Part shown: piece after piece, positions 30,808 to 41,601 of the stretch | Layout: each line of letters begins with the position of its first letter | Position numbering within the stretch: the stretch's first letter is position 1 | IMG/VR virus record: IMGVR_UViG_3300021057_000274 | Coordinates: 310,001-374,000 of that record | DNA length: 64,000 nucleotides | Direction: 5' to 3' (one strand) | The notes under the pieces: generated by a model | The model's database searches: none | Seen by the model: only the letters and a program-made list of their open reading frames with translations | What the model was told of the DNA's origin: nothing | Position numbers and translations under genes: made by a program

Positions 30808-31431
30808 AGATCGTCACTAGACGGTCATCTTAGTTTACTTTAGGTACCTGCTGGTATAAAATCTCCTCTCGTGTAGGTTAACCGCACAAGAGGGTGGGCA
30901 TTGACGAGCGTCACGCCGTCATTCTTGGACTTTTGTAGGCTCTTCCTCAGGAAGGTCTACGGCAAGGAGCCTCGGTCTAGCGCTAAGCTAGCCCTGCTTC
31001 ATGCCCAATTTGTCCGGGACTCGGAGATCCAGCTCCACGGTGTCTACGACCTCTTCGTCGATTACTCTCCCTTTCGCGCCCGCTTGTTCTTCTCACGCAA
31101 CGGGTTCAAGAACACCCCGTCGGTCGCCTCCTTTCCTGAGTCATCGATGGGTGACGACTCGCTCTGCTTAAGCGTCTTCCCTCTCAACGGCTGGGAGGGT
31201 GTCCAGATCGATTGGCTAAAGAAGGAATTTAAGATTGGCAAGCGTCAACGTGATGGAGCTAAAGCGCATCGCCACAGGACAGTATCGCGTGCGCGTCAAG
31301 GCGGTGATGATCTCGGATCAAACCTTCGCCGTCGGGGTGGGCGAGGATGAGGACCCGTTCAAGGCCGCGGCTCAGGCAGGAGTCGCCGCTGGCATGGAGC
31401 TAAACAAACTTTTGACTAAGAAGGAAAGAGC

Positions 31432-32196
31432 ATGACGACGAGCACGATCATATTCATCGTGGCGGTGATCGCGATCACCGCCGTGGGCAGTCTAGTCATC
31501 TTTTGGCCTCGGAAGAAACAGCCTGAGACAGATTGGACGAGCAACATGGATTTCATCCGAACCGAGCCGCCGAAGAGCCTCTCGAGCGACAAGGACGCCG
31601 TTCTTACCCAGGTTACGATCCCATCCGCTGCCGTGACGATCGTAAAGCCTCTCAACCACGAGTTCGTCAGCAATCGCATTCCGTCGGCGACCATGGATAA
31701 CGAGATCGCCCGCACAAACGCAGAGCGAGAGCGTGAGCTGGCCAGGATCAAGAGAGTCGCTGACGAGCAACGCGCGCGTGACGCGCGCGTACGTGAGGAG
31801 GAGCGGGTGCGCCGCGAGCGCACGTTTGAAGCCGTGCGGAGAGCAGAGGAGCGTGCCCGCCTAGCAGAGGAGCGTGCTCGCCGCGCCGAAGAGCGCCAGG
31901 ACGTCGTTCTCTTGAGCGGCGGCGCGGCCGCCGCGACAGCTGCTTATCTCATGAGCGCGAGCGCCGCGGCGCGTGAGAGCCCTGAGGTGATTACATCGCT
32001 GGGCGCGCCGAGCGAAGAGGTCATCACGTCTCTCGAGAGAGAAGCTCCGCGAGAGAGCACGATCACGTCATTCGATCGCCAGGAGGAAGAGCAAAGACCC
32101 TCCTTCTCAAGCTCGAGCGACGACAGCTCTAGCTCGTACAGCAGCGACTCTAGCTCTTCCTCGAGCGATAGCTCCTCATCGTTCAGCGGGGATTGA
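31432..32196 (+). CDS. Membrane-anchored coiled-coil protein with a Ser/Asp tail
   Basis: N-terminal TM segment, R/E-rich helix, EVITSL repeats, poly-Ser C-terminus. Confidence 0.65.
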   Translation: MTTSTIIFIVAVIAITAVGSLVIFWPRKKQPETDWTSNMDFIRTEPPKSLSSDKDAVLTQVTIPSAAVTIVKPLNHEFVSNRIPSATMDNEIARTNAERERELARIKRVADEQRARDARVREEERVRRERTFEAVRRAEERARLAEERARRAEERQDVVLLSGGAAAATAAYLMSASAAARESPEVITSLGAPSEEVITSLEREAPRESTITSFDRQEEEQRPSFSSSSDDSSSSYSSDSSSSSSDSSSSFSGD

Positions 32197-32738
32197 TGTA
32201 CCAGCGCGTCATCTACATGTCTCGGCGAGACGTTGAGAGAATCAACTCTGGCGACGTGCCTCTCATCTCGATCACCAGCCCTCCAGACGGTGACTGGAGC
32301 AGGCCAGCTAAGCTCGCTGCGTGCTGGGGAAAGATTCTTCGTCTCGAGTTTCACGATGACGAGCACCCGCACATCTATCCAGACGGCACCACGCTGGTGC
32401 TCATGAGCGACGAGCAGGGCTACCAAATTCTTCGCTTCTTGCGCGAGAATGAGAGTTATAATGAGCTGGTGGTCCATTGCGAGGGCGGAATTAGTCGGTC
32501 AGCAGCGATCGCGCGCTTTGTCTCTGACTACTACGGGATTCCCTACCAAACGGTGGTGAACGGAATCTTGTACCAGAACCCGATCATGGAGAAGTACAAT
32601 CGGTCGATGTACGCGAAGTTGGTGAAGCTCTACGGCTTATGCTTGAGTGAGAAGGGAGAGATCCCTCGCGGCGAGCTGCCTGCGTTGCAAGCGTTTGAAA
32701 ACTACATGAAGGAGAAGGTTGATGGCCAGGAAGGTTAA
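32193..32738 (+). CDS. Cys-based (PTP/DSP-like) phosphatase
   Basis: LISIT...LEFHD...VHCEGGISRSAA (CX5R). Confidence 0.85.
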   Translation: MMYQRVIYMSRRDVERINSGDVPLISITSPPDGDWSRPAKLAACWGKILRLEFHDDEHPHIYPDGTTLVLMSDEQGYQILRFLRENESYNELVVHCEGGISRSAAIARFVSDYYGIPYQTVVNGILYQNPIMEKYNRSMYAKLVKLYGLCLSEKGEIPRGELPALQAFENYMKEKVDGQEG

Positions 32739-33077
32739 TCACACTCCGAAGCTCACGGGCGACGCCGCGCAAGTGGCCGTCGCGAAAGCTCTCGAGGACT
32801 TGAAGTCGAACCTAAAGAAGTACAGCGACATCGTCAGCGAGATCGACGCCCTCAACTCGGCTAACAACTTCCGGTACCTCTCGAAGAGTCGTCGAAACGA
32901 GCTGATGGCCGGCTTGATCGAGCGATCGGCGGACCTGTCTGACGCGTCGAAGGGCGCCTTCAGGGTGCTCAAGAAGGTCAAGCGCGAGCGCGCGCCAGAG
33001 AAGCTGATCGACACGGTTCTGGCGAGGATCGTCGTGCAAACCGAGCCGCTAGGCGGAGATGTCGAGATCACCGCGCC

Positions 33078-33500
33078 GTGAAGCTCGACGATCTGCGCTT
33101 CAAGCCCGGAACCTATCTCGCCTTCTTGCTGAGCGAGAAGAGCCGGGCTGACCTCCTCACTCGGTGGCCACCGCTCTATCCTGACGTGCGCTGTCACCAC
33201 GTCACGCTCGAGTTCAACCTAACCGATGAGAAGCTCGCCTTCTTCATGAGAGCTCTCAAGGGCGGCGCTGACGTGCAGGTGGTCGGGTACGCGAAGAGCG
33301 ACAAGCTCGACCTCTTCGCGGTCACCCTCAACGGGCAAGCTGTTCGCCCCGACGGCGGCTATTACCACATCACCCACTCCCTCGTTCCGCCCACCAAGCC
33401 GAAGGAGTCCAATGACCTCTTGACGCGACTCAAGGGAGAGACGGACAAGTTCCGCGGAACTTGGAAGCTGGACGGAGAGGTCATTCTCCTCAAAAAGTAA
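33078..33500 (+). CDS. 2H phosphoesterase
   Basis: Two HxT motifs: HHVTL and YHITHS. Confidence 0.75.
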   Translation: MKLDDLRFKPGTYLAFLLSEKSRADLLTRWPPLYPDVRCHHVTLEFNLTDEKLAFFMRALKGGADVQVVGYAKSDKLDLFAVTLNGQAVRPDGGYYHITHSLVPPTKPKESNDLLTRLKGETDKFRGTWKLDGEVILLKK

Positions 33501-33509
33501 GCATCTAGT

Positions 33510-33538
33510 TTTACTCTCAGCATTTGAGGTGATACAAT
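33510..33538 (+). promoter_or_regulatory. Sigma70-like promoter (leaderless)
   Basis: TTTACT-N17-TACAAT; ATG 9 nt downstream. Confidence 0.75.
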
Positions 33539-33547
33539 TCACCTCAG

Positions 33548-34054
33548 ATGCTTCGAGAAATTCCGCAAGTTCTTAGGTCCCCGTTTGACGGCTTCTTCTT
33601 AGATCTCGACGGAGTATTCGCCGACTTCGAGGGTCGCTTCTTCAAGCTGACCGGCCGACAGTGCCGAGAGGTGTCGCAGAGAGAGCTGTGGAAGGTCGTC
33701 ATGGCCGACCGCAACTTCTTCTACGACCTCGAGTTGATGCCGAACGCCGACGTCCTCTGGCGATATTGCAAGCAGTACAACCCTTGCTTCTTGACCGGGC
33801 TGCCGGTCAAGCAAGCTTTTCGTGACCAAAAGCTCAGGTGGGTCAGCGACAAGTTCGGCGCCGAGTGGGTTTGCCACGTCGTTCCCAAGCGAGACAAGCA
33901 GAAGCACTCAGGTCCGAACAAGGTCTTGATCGACGACTCTCTAGAGAACATCGAGCAGTGGATCTCCAAGGGAGGTCTGGGAATTCTTCACGACGGCGAC
34001 GTTTGGAAGACGATCGACCAGGTCGAAGCTCTTCGCCTGGCGTATAACATCTAA
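33548..34054 (+). CDS. HAD-family 5'(3')-nucleotidase
   Basis: LDLDGVFADF, FLTG, K..W, LIDD motifs. Confidence 0.85.
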   Translation: MLREIPQVLRSPFDGFFLDLDGVFADFEGRFFKLTGRQCREVSQRELWKVVMADRNFFYDLELMPNADVLWRYCKQYNPCFLTGLPVKQAFRDQKLRWVSDKFGAEWVCHVVPKRDKQKHSGPNKVLIDDSLENIEQWISKGGLGILHDGDVWKTIDQVEALRLAYNI

Positions 34055-34066
34055 CACGGTGGGGTA

Positions 34067-36559
34067 ATGGGAAAGACGAAGGGAAAGGGGAAGGAGCAGT
34101 TTCCGGTTCACCTGTTGCGGTATCCGGCGGAGCTCGTCAAGGACGCCAACGCGTGCAACCTGATCATGAGCGACGAGTATCTCTTCGGGACGTACTTCAC
34201 GGCGATGCTTCAGGGAGCTCAGAACGACTCGGGAATCGAGGACGTGATGGTGATCCTCGAGCGGCATCTCGGAGATCACTTCAAGGCCGACGAGCTTGAG
34301 GACATCACGTCGGTCAAGAAGCGTGACCAAGAGCGAATGATGAAGATCGTCGATCACCTTCGCTCGCAGTTTGGTGAGCAAGTGACCTCGACGTACGTTC
34401 GCGACTTCTTCATCGCTACGGCTACCTATCGTGGGATTCTCTCCATGGAGAAGGACTTCACGAGATGCATCTCGCTCTTTGGGGCCATCATCCAGAGCAT
34501 GATGGAAGCGTTTCTGGCGCAAGCTCCCGTCGGCGGGGTCTCGTCGATCACTGAGAACTTGAACAGGCTCACTAAGGTGATGAGCCTGACTCAATCAGAG
34601 GGGCGTCTCCTCGAGGTTAGCCTTCTCTTCGCGATCGACACGCGGTTCATGATCTTCCGCGACTTTCTCCATCAGCTAGTGAGAAACCAAGCTAGCTACA
34701 CGAACTGCATCAAGGTGATGCTAGCGCTGGGCGGTAACGTCTTCGATCGTGAGGTCGACGCGGCGCTGTTGCCTCAGACGAGCAAGCCGCTAGCTCTGGG
34801 AATGATCAGCTACGATCAGCACTTCAAGAGGATCGGTCGCCTGAGCGAGTTTTGGTCGTTCGCGATCACCACCATGGCGAAGACCGAGAGCGAGTTCTAC
34901 GCTCGGTTTGTCGAGCCCCTCAAGGATAAGAAGAAGAACTTTGCTGGCGCGCTCGCAAAGCTGAACGAGCACGACGAGGAGCTTCTCAAGGAGTTCGTCC
35001 GACACACCGTCACGGGTGAGATCGACGCCGACTACTCCGTTCAGCGCGCGAAGGTGCGTAAGCTGATGGAGAAGATCGTCGCCGTCAGCGAGAACAGCTA
35101 CGTAGATGACATTGACGCGTTCTCCCTCAACGTCTTCCTCTACGGTAGCAAGAAGCTAGACAAGCTTGGATATCTGTCTAAGCTCTTCGAGGAGGAGGGC
35201 GTCGAGGGTTACCAGGTTCGGACTCGTGACGCGAAGGACCACGACATTCCCGCGATCTGTTACGCCGCACAGCAGATCGTCGGCAAGCGGGTCAACGTCG
35301 CCAAGGACGACAAGGTGATGCTCGTCGTCGAGAACACCGAGTCAGCCCTGTCGAAGAGCTTCAGCAAGCCCGCCTGGTTCCTGGACGCTTTCGGCGACGC
35401 CGGTCTCAAGACGAAGGAGAAGGATGAGCTGGACAGTGACGAGCTGATCTTGACGAAGAATCCTGTCCCGACCGTTTGGCTCGCCTCCTCAACCGCGTAC
35501 ATGGAGCAAGAGAACCTGGGTCGATTCTTGTTTCACTGCGAGCTCCGCGGAGGGTCACGCAAGGACCGTCGAGACGAGGTTGATCGCATCATCAAGGCTC
35601 TCGGCTTCTCCGAGCAGGCGGTGCAGACGCTCTCACGGTACGTCGAGCTCAGCCCCGAGCAGATCAAGAGCGCAGCGCGAATGATCGAGCTCGTGGATCA
35701 GCAGGGAGCGGCAGGAGAGTCAAACCTGCTTCATCTGATCTCGAACAGCCAGCGCGTCCTCGATCGCGAGAAGATGGAGGACCTCCGTGACTCGGTCACG
35801 AAGTACAATCTCGACTTTCTCAACATCCGGGGCAACGTCAACGTCCCGCAGCTGATCAAGGCTCTCCAGCGCACCAAGCAAGGCACGATCTGCTTCTACG
35901 GAATGCCTGGCACGGGGAAGACGCAGCTCGCCGAGTACATCGCGATGCAGTGTGACCAGCCGCTCTTGATCAAGCCGGCCTCCGAGCTCCTGAGCATGTG
36001 GCTCGGGGAGACCGAGAAGAAGATCGCCGAGGCCTTTGACGAGGCGAAGTCCGAGGGCGCGATCTTCCTCCTGGACGAGGGCGACAGCTTCCTCCAGGAT
36101 CGTAGCCGCGCGCAGCACTCCTGGCAGGTGACGCAGGTCAACGAGTTGCTTCAGAAGATGGAGCGCTTTCCGGGAATCTTCATCCTCGCGACGAACCTCT
36201 TCGAGGGGATCGACGCGGCGGCGGTGCGCCGCTTCACGTTCAAGCTCGAGTTCCTCGCGCTTCGCCAGGAGCAGCGCGTCAAGATGCTGTGCAGCGAGCT
36301 CGACTGGGACTTTGAGAAGTTGAGTGAAGCCGAGCGGGGCAAGATCGACGTCGAGGTCGGGACGATCCAGTACCTGACGCCGGGTGACTTCGCGACGGTC
36401 AAGCGCCAGGCCAACATCCTCGGCGAGAAGCTCACCTTCGAGGACTGGATCGAGCGTCTCAACTCCGAATCACGGGCCAAGCTGGCTGGTCTGCGCCGTA
36501 ACGACAACTACGGCCAATCGAATAACTTCGCGGGCGTCAAGCCGCGCGAGCAAAGGTGA
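34067..36559 (+). CDS. Large AAA+ ATPase
   Basis: GMPGTGKT, LLDEGD, ATN and RRF in the C-terminal domain; degenerate AAA-like middle region. Confidence 0.85.
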   Translation: MGKTKGKGKEQFPVHLLRYPAELVKDANACNLIMSDEYLFGTYFTAMLQGAQNDSGIEDVMVILERHLGDHFKADELEDITSVKKRDQERMMKIVDHLRSQFGEQVTSTYVRDFFIATATYRGILSMEKDFTRCISLFGAIIQSMMEAFLAQAPVGGVSSITENLNRLTKVMSLTQSEGRLLEVSLLFAIDTRFMIFRDFLHQLVRNQASYTNCIKVMLALGGNVFDREVDAALLPQTSKPLALGMISYDQHFKRIGRLSEFWSFAITTMAKTESEFYARFVEPLKDKKKNFAGALAKLNEHDEELLKEFVRHTVTGEIDADYSVQRAKVRKLMEKIVAVSENSYVDDIDAFSLNVFLYGSKKLDKLGYLSKLFEEEGVEGYQVRTRDAKDHDIPAICYAAQQIVGKRVNVAKDDKVMLVVENTESALSKSFSKPAWFLDAFGDAGLKTKEKDELDSDELILTKNPVPTVWLASSTAYMEQENLGRFLFHCELRGGSRKDRRDEVDRIIKALGFSEQAVQTLSRYVELSPEQIKSAARMIELVDQQGAAGESNLLHLISNSQRVLDREKMEDLRDSVTKYNLDFLNIRGNVNVPQLIKALQRTKQGTICFYGMPGTGKTQLAEYIAMQCDQPLLIKPASELLSMWLGETEKKIAEAFDEAKSEGAIFLLDEGDSFLQDRSRAQHSWQVTQVNELLQKMERFPGIFILATNLFEGIDAAAVRRFTFKLEFLALRQEQRVKMLCSELDWDFEKLSEAERGKIDVEVGTIQYLTPGDFATVKRQANILGEKLTFEDWIERLNSESRAKLAGLRRNDNYGQSNNFAGVKPREQR

Positions 36560-36653
36560 AAAGAGGGCACATGGACGAGATCATGTTCTGCATGGGCATG
36601 ATCTTCGGAGCCGTTCTCTTCTGGGCGGCTCAAGTCATCGTGCGCCTGATCTC

Positions 36654-37202
36654 ATGATCGAGCAAAAATCTTATCGAGTAGCTGACCTTCTCTCGGCGGC
36701 CACGCTGACCGAGAGGTTCTACGGGCTCATCCACGACCTCTCGGGACGTGAGAAGGACCAGATCTACTACAATCCAGGCACCTCTCTCAAGAGCTTCATC
36801 ATCGCGCACTGCGTCAAGCGAGACATCGTCTCGGTCGACGGCCAGATGCTAGACATCATCAGAGAGTGTGAGCAATTTCAGAGCAACAAGACCATCCTGA
36901 TCGCGATCAACCAGTGCCTGATCAGCACCGCGGCCGCCCTGGTCAACCAGATAAACACGATGCCGAAGGACGCTCACCTCGAGCTGATCGAGAGAGTCGT
37001 CGAGCTTCACCAGATCGGCCAGGTGATCAAGGCCAGCTTCGACGCGTTGCTGTCGACTCAAGCCATTGAGGAGGCTCGTGTCGACATGTCGTCCTACCCG
37101 GCCTTGACTTACAAGCAAGCGCTCTACGACATCCAGGACAAGATCGACGAGATCACCGATCTGGTGCGCGAAAAACTTCAACCTGAGCCGGAGGCTGCAT
37201 GA
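36654..37202 (+). CDS. Hypothetical helical protein
   Basis: MIEQKSYRVAD..., 182 aa. Confidence 0.55.
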   Translation: MIEQKSYRVADLLSAATLTERFYGLIHDLSGREKDQIYYNPGTSLKSFIIAHCVKRDIVSVDGQMLDIIRECEQFQSNKTILIAINQCLISTAAALVNQINTMPKDAHLELIERVVELHQIGQVIKASFDALLSTQAIEEARVDMSSYPALTYKQALYDIQDKIDEITDLVREKLQPEPEAA

Positions 37203-37908
37203 GTTGGCATTCTGACATGAGCGCCACGGACATCGTGGTCGCTTGCTTGATCATCGCCGTGATTCTCTTCGTTCTGATCACGGTTCCGCTGATGGTCATG
37301 AGGGACAAGCGCTTGTCCGCCGAGTGCGTCGCCAAGGGCGGTGTCCCCCATCATGACCGGGGCTCGTTCTTGTGTCTCTCTCCTGGAGCGATCATCAAGT
37401 GACCGTCGAGCTCACTGGCCTCGCCGCCATCATTGCGCTGCTAGTGTGTGCTGGAGTCGCGACGATCGTAGTCGGTGTCATGACTTACATCATCCTTCAC
37501 GGCCTCAGCGGACAGATGAATGTCGAGATCTTTCTCGTAACAGCCGCCGCTGCTGTCCTCAACGTGTACACTCTCTCATTTCTCGTTGCAGCTGGTCTCG
37601 TTTGGGTGGGAACAGCGTTAGGTGCGACAAGTTGAAGAAGTGTAACTGTAGCACGGTCACGTATGACGAGCGCGCAGGATGCGTCGTGGGACGATGCATC
37701 AGCAGGAATCGTGAGATCGGAGATTGGCTCTACGCCTCTCGGGCGAGCGGAACGCCATGGCACCCTAACATGTATCCGATCGAGGACGAGTTCACGACCA
37801 CTCCATATCAAGAGCGCAAAGACGAGAGCACCGTCGGCTTCAAGTGGTGAAATGTTCAACTCTAGGTGAGGGGGATACAATGTCCTCCTCACCTAGAGAG
37901 GTCTCCCC

Positions 37909-39633
37909 TTGTTGAAGCAGCACCCCTTAGAGTTTTTCAAGCGCGAGCAGTTGGCGGCACGTGACCAGCAGACGCAGATCCTCGACCAGATCGCCGCGAG
38001 CTGGGACAAGTACAACTACTTCGCTCTCAGTCTCCCCACCGGGGTGGGCAAGACGTACATCGCTACCGCGATCGCCGACTCTGTCAAGGGGTCGGCGTAC
38101 ATCCTCACCTCTACCCTCCAGCTCCAGACCCAGTACGAGCACGCCTGGGACGCGATCGTCAATCTCAAGGGCCGCAGCAACTACCAGTGCAACCTCAACC
38201 ACAACTTCACCGTTGACGCCGCGCCGTGCTCGGCCAACAAGGAGCTTGTCGGGTTCTGCAAGATGCGGTCGATCTGCGCTTACTACAACCAGAAGAACAA
38301 GGCTCTCCAAGCTAGGGCGATGATCACGAACCCGGTCTACATGCTCTACAGCACGCACTGCGGGTTCGCTCAGGACGAGGACTCACCGTGGGTGAAGCGT
38401 GACGTGTTGATCATCGACGAGGCGCACAACATCGAGAACCACCTCGTCACCTTCGCCGAGTCAGACGTCGATCCCGAGTACTACTACCTGGAGTTCGGCG
38501 TCCCGACCAACAAGATTCAATTCACTGGGGTGCCTGAGGATGACTACCTCAAGGTCGTCGAGATCCAGGACATCTTAAAGATGAAGGCGCTTGAGCTTCA
38601 GCTCAAGCTTGAGCGTGAGTTTCCTGCCGCTAGCATGCTCGGAATGGATCCTCGAGAGTGGGCGAGAGGGATCACGAAGAAGGCCGCCGAAAGGGTCGAG
38701 CGACTTAACGCCAAGATCTACCGGCTCGACAAGGCGATCCAGCCGCTCAAGATCTTCTTCAACACGCACAGCACCCCCGATGAGCTGAGCAGCCGTTGGC
38801 TCGTGTCGAAGGTGCCTGACAAGAACGTCTTGAAGCTAGCTCCGATCTACGGTGACTTTCTCTTCAAGGAGTACTTTGGCACCCTGGCCGACAAGTTCGT
38901 CTTTCTCTCGGCGACCTTGGGCTCAAAGTACGCGTTCTGTAAGGAGATCGGTGTCAACGAAAAGGATTGCCTCTTCCTTGAGACGGGATCCCCCTTTGAC
39001 CCTGCTCAATCGCCGGTCATCATCATGCCCGTGATCAGTCTGGCGAGGGACGTCAAGGACGAGAACATGCATAAGCTCGGTCCGATCATCGACGACATCC
39101 TCAAGCTCCACCCCGGCCAGCGCGGCATCATCCACAGCGTCACCTACGACATCGGCACCAAGCTCTTTCAGCTCGTCTCGCCCGAGAACCAGCGGCGGCT
39201 CTTGTTTCGGGACATGGTCGAGCTTCGACTAGACCTGTTTGCCCGAGCTGGCAAGAACCCGGGTAGAGTTAAGCTCACCAACGAAGAACTTCTCAGAAAA
39301 CATGAGATTGAGGGCGAAAAGTACGGAAGCGTCCTCGTTTCACCGTCAATGATGGAGGGTGTTGACCTCGTTGATGATCTGTCACGGTTTCAGGTGATCG
39401 TTAAGCTGCCCTGGCCCTACCTGGGGGACCTGAGAGTGCGAGCCAAGAGCAAGCTCGACGACGAGTGGTACGCTAACAAGATGTGGGTAGCGGTGATGCA
39501 GGCCGCTGGGCGGAGCACCAGGCACGTCAACGACTCCTCCGTGACCTACATCCTTGACAAGAAGTTCGAGCACTTTTACCGCTTGTGGGAGAGAAAGCTG
39601 CCAGATTGGTTCAAGTCCCGCCTGGTCTTTTAA
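37909..39633 (+). CDS. DinG/XPD-like SF2 helicase
   Basis: Q motif, PTGVGKT, LKGRSNYQC with Cys cluster, DEAH, SAT, EGVD, QAAGR. Confidence 0.9.
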   Translation: MLKQHPLEFFKREQLAARDQQTQILDQIAASWDKYNYFALSLPTGVGKTYIATAIADSVKGSAYILTSTLQLQTQYEHAWDAIVNLKGRSNYQCNLNHNFTVDAAPCSANKELVGFCKMRSICAYYNQKNKALQARAMITNPVYMLYSTHCGFAQDEDSPWVKRDVLIIDEAHNIENHLVTFAESDVDPEYYYLEFGVPTNKIQFTGVPEDDYLKVVEIQDILKMKALELQLKLEREFPAASMLGMDPREWARGITKKAAERVERLNAKIYRLDKAIQPLKIFFNTHSTPDELSSRWLVSKVPDKNVLKLAPIYGDFLFKEYFGTLADKFVFLSATLGSKYAFCKEIGVNEKDCLFLETGSPFDPAQSPVIIMPVISLARDVKDENMHKLGPIIDDILKLHPGQRGIIHSVTYDIGTKLFQLVSPENQRRLLFRDMVELRLDLFARAGKNPGRVKLTNEELLRKHEIEGEKYGSVLVSPSMMEGVDLVDDLSRFQVIVKLPWPYLGDLRVRAKSKLDDEWYANKMWVAVMQAAGRSTRHVNDSSVTYILDKKFEHFYRLWERKLPDWFKSRLVF

Positions 39634-39685
39634 GAAATTTTGAGTACTAGTTTACTTTTTGTGACGAGCGTGATACGATGGGTTC

Positions 39686-39967
39686 ATGAAGATCTTCATC
39701 GTGCTAGCCGCCTTTTTGTCGGTCATGACAGCAGCTCAGGGCCAATCTCTTCAAGAGGGGCCGGGGAACAAGATCGATTACGCGCGGGTCACTCGAGTCG
39801 CGCCGATCTACGGGATGGCCCCGCCGGGAAAGTCGCCGCCGGTCATGGGCTACGCGTACGTCGCTGAGTACAACCGGATCGTAGTACACGGACAGTCCAA
39901 GCGACCGCTCAAGGTCGGTGAGATGGTCAGGGTGAGGGTGGTCACCTCGATCGTCCCGGCAGAGTGA
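39686..39967 (+). CDS. Small secreted protein
   Basis: Signal-peptide-like N-terminus; leaderless promoter TTTACT(39651)-N17-TACGAT. Confidence 0.55.
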   Translation: MKIFIVLAAFLSVMTAAQGQSLQEGPGNKIDYARVTRVAPIYGMAPPGKSPPVMGYAYVAEYNRIVVHGQSKRPLKVGEMVRVRVVTSIVPAE

Positions 39968-39999
39968 ACAAATAGTTTACGCTCGGCTCTAACCGAGTT

Positions 40000-40034
40000 C
40001 GGGGCAGTTTACCCCCTAAACTGCCCCGCTTTTT
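40000..40034 (+). terminator. Intrinsic terminator
   Basis: CGGGGCAGTTTA-CCCCC-TAAACTGCCCCG-CTTTTT. Confidence 0.8.
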
Positions 40035-40111
40035 CATCTTCTCCGCCAGAAGTACCCCTTAGGTTCGACTTTCGCCGTGTAGTACAAAGTACTACAATAT
40101 GTAATTGGTTG

Positions 40112-40140
40112 TTTACAGGCGGCCTTTCCAGATATACAAT
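40112..40140 (+). promoter_or_regulatory. Sigma70-like promoter
   Basis: TTTACA-N17-TACAAT. Confidence 0.7.
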
Positions 40141-40146
40141 TCCCTT

Positions 40147-40260
40147 AACCTACCTGTTACCTGGCGGTCACACCCACGTGACCGCCAGGGCGTAGGAAGT
40201 ACCCCGGGTGGGGAGCCTACCCCGGGCGCACACAAGACGAAGTCAAGCGGTTGGTAACGG
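40147..40260 (+). ncRNA. Candidate structured ncRNA or 5' leader
   Basis: 12-bp hairpin 40160-40189, second hairpin 40203-40226, possible closing stem 40154-40161/40253-40260. Confidence 0.35.
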
Positions 40261-40949
40261 ATGAGGAACTTGCTTGGGGGATCCATCTTGAAGTGCTTCT
40301 CTACGTTCTACGCCGTCGGCGGCGCAGAATACATGTCGTATGTCTTTGCGGCCTCGAGATCAGAGGCCGACCAGCTAGTTAAGGCACGCAACATCGGCGA
40401 GAGGGTCGCTGGTCTCATGGCGGGTGCACGCCCGACCCTGATGGCAAAGGACCTTCCGTCGGTGCTCTATCGGTCGCGACTCTTGCCTGATTGTGCTCAC
40501 AGCATCGCATTTCTCTCCTGGATCGTAGCTAGGAGCGGGCAGATGAACAATCAGCAGGTAGCGGATTGGATCCTCGGTGACCAGGGGATTCTCCACGACG
40601 TTCTTCACGAGATTCACCACCCGAAGCAATTCGGGTTTCGTGAGGTCGTCATGGCGCGCATCGAGGAGCTCGAAGAGCGTGTGCCGGGCCTCGCTAAAAA
40701 GAATTCAAAAAGTGAAAATATGGCGTCAAGCCATGGTTTCACCGCGAAAGCTCGAGGTGTAGCGGTGCATTGAACTAGATTCTCCGCTAAATCTGAGTAT
40801 ACTCTTAGTTTTGAGAGCCAGCATCGAGTTTTTGGACTCGATGCCGGTTTACTTTGCATTTTCAAAGGTATAAAGTTATCTCAAGTTCGCCCTTCGGCGC
40901 AACCGGCCGTCCGATACGGTCTTTTTGTAAACTGCGAGGAGAAGCAGAG

Positions 40950-41549
40950 ATGACAACCGCAACCGCAACCGCAACCCCCACCAGCGACAAGCCCGCCGGA
41001 AAGCGCGGCCGTCGCAAGTCCGCCGTGTCCCGCAAGCCCTCTGGGCGCCCCCTGAAGCGCGACTTCATGAAGGACGTGGTGATCGGCAGCAACGCCGCCG
41101 TGATCAACGACGCCGCGCTGAAGGACATCAAGGCCAAGCCCGGCAGCCGCGAGTTCCGCAAGGAGCTCAAGGCGCGCGGCATGCAGGTCGTACGGATCTT
41201 CCAGAAGGAGGACTACGACAAGGCGACCCAGGCGCACCGCGACACCGCCAAGGAGCGCATGGTCAAGGCGAAGGAAACGATGATCTCCAGCGCTTTCAAG
41301 GACGCCGGCGCCAAGCCGGAGCCCCGGATCGAGCGCGCGGTGAAGACCGTGCTGCCGCTGTTCCGCGGCGTGAACGAGAAGCGCGCGGCGCGCGCCCTCC
41401 GCAACATGGTCCGCAGCGTGGTCGCGGTCGTTCCGACTCCGTCAGGGCGGCGTCCGCGTCGGGCGAAGAAGGACGATCAGCAGGCCCAGCCGGCTCAGCC
41501 GCAGGGAGACCAGAAGGGCGGCGACCAGAAGGGCGGCACGGTTCACTAG
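40950..41549 (+). CDS. Very basic protein, possibly nucleic-acid binding
   Basis: SD GAGGAG; K/R-rich; own promoter TTTACT(40848)-N17-TAAAGT. Confidence 0.65.
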   Translation: MTTATATATPTSDKPAGKRGRRKSAVSRKPSGRPLKRDFMKDVVIGSNAAVINDAALKDIKAKPGSREFRKELKARGMQVVRIFQKEDYDKATQAHRDTAKERMVKAKETMISSAFKDAGAKPEPRIERAVKTVLPLFRGVNEKRAARALRNMVRSVVAVVPTPSGRRPRRAKKDDQQAQPAQPQGDQKGGDQKGGTVH

Positions 41550-41573
41550 GACCGGGCGAGCTACGCGATGGTC

Positions 41574-41598
41574 ACGAGGGCGCTAAGAGCGCCCTCGT
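41574..41598. terminator. Hairpin between convergent genes
   Basis: ACGAGGGCGCT-AAG-AGCGCCCTCGT. Confidence 0.6.
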
Positions 41599-41601
41599 CA
41601 T

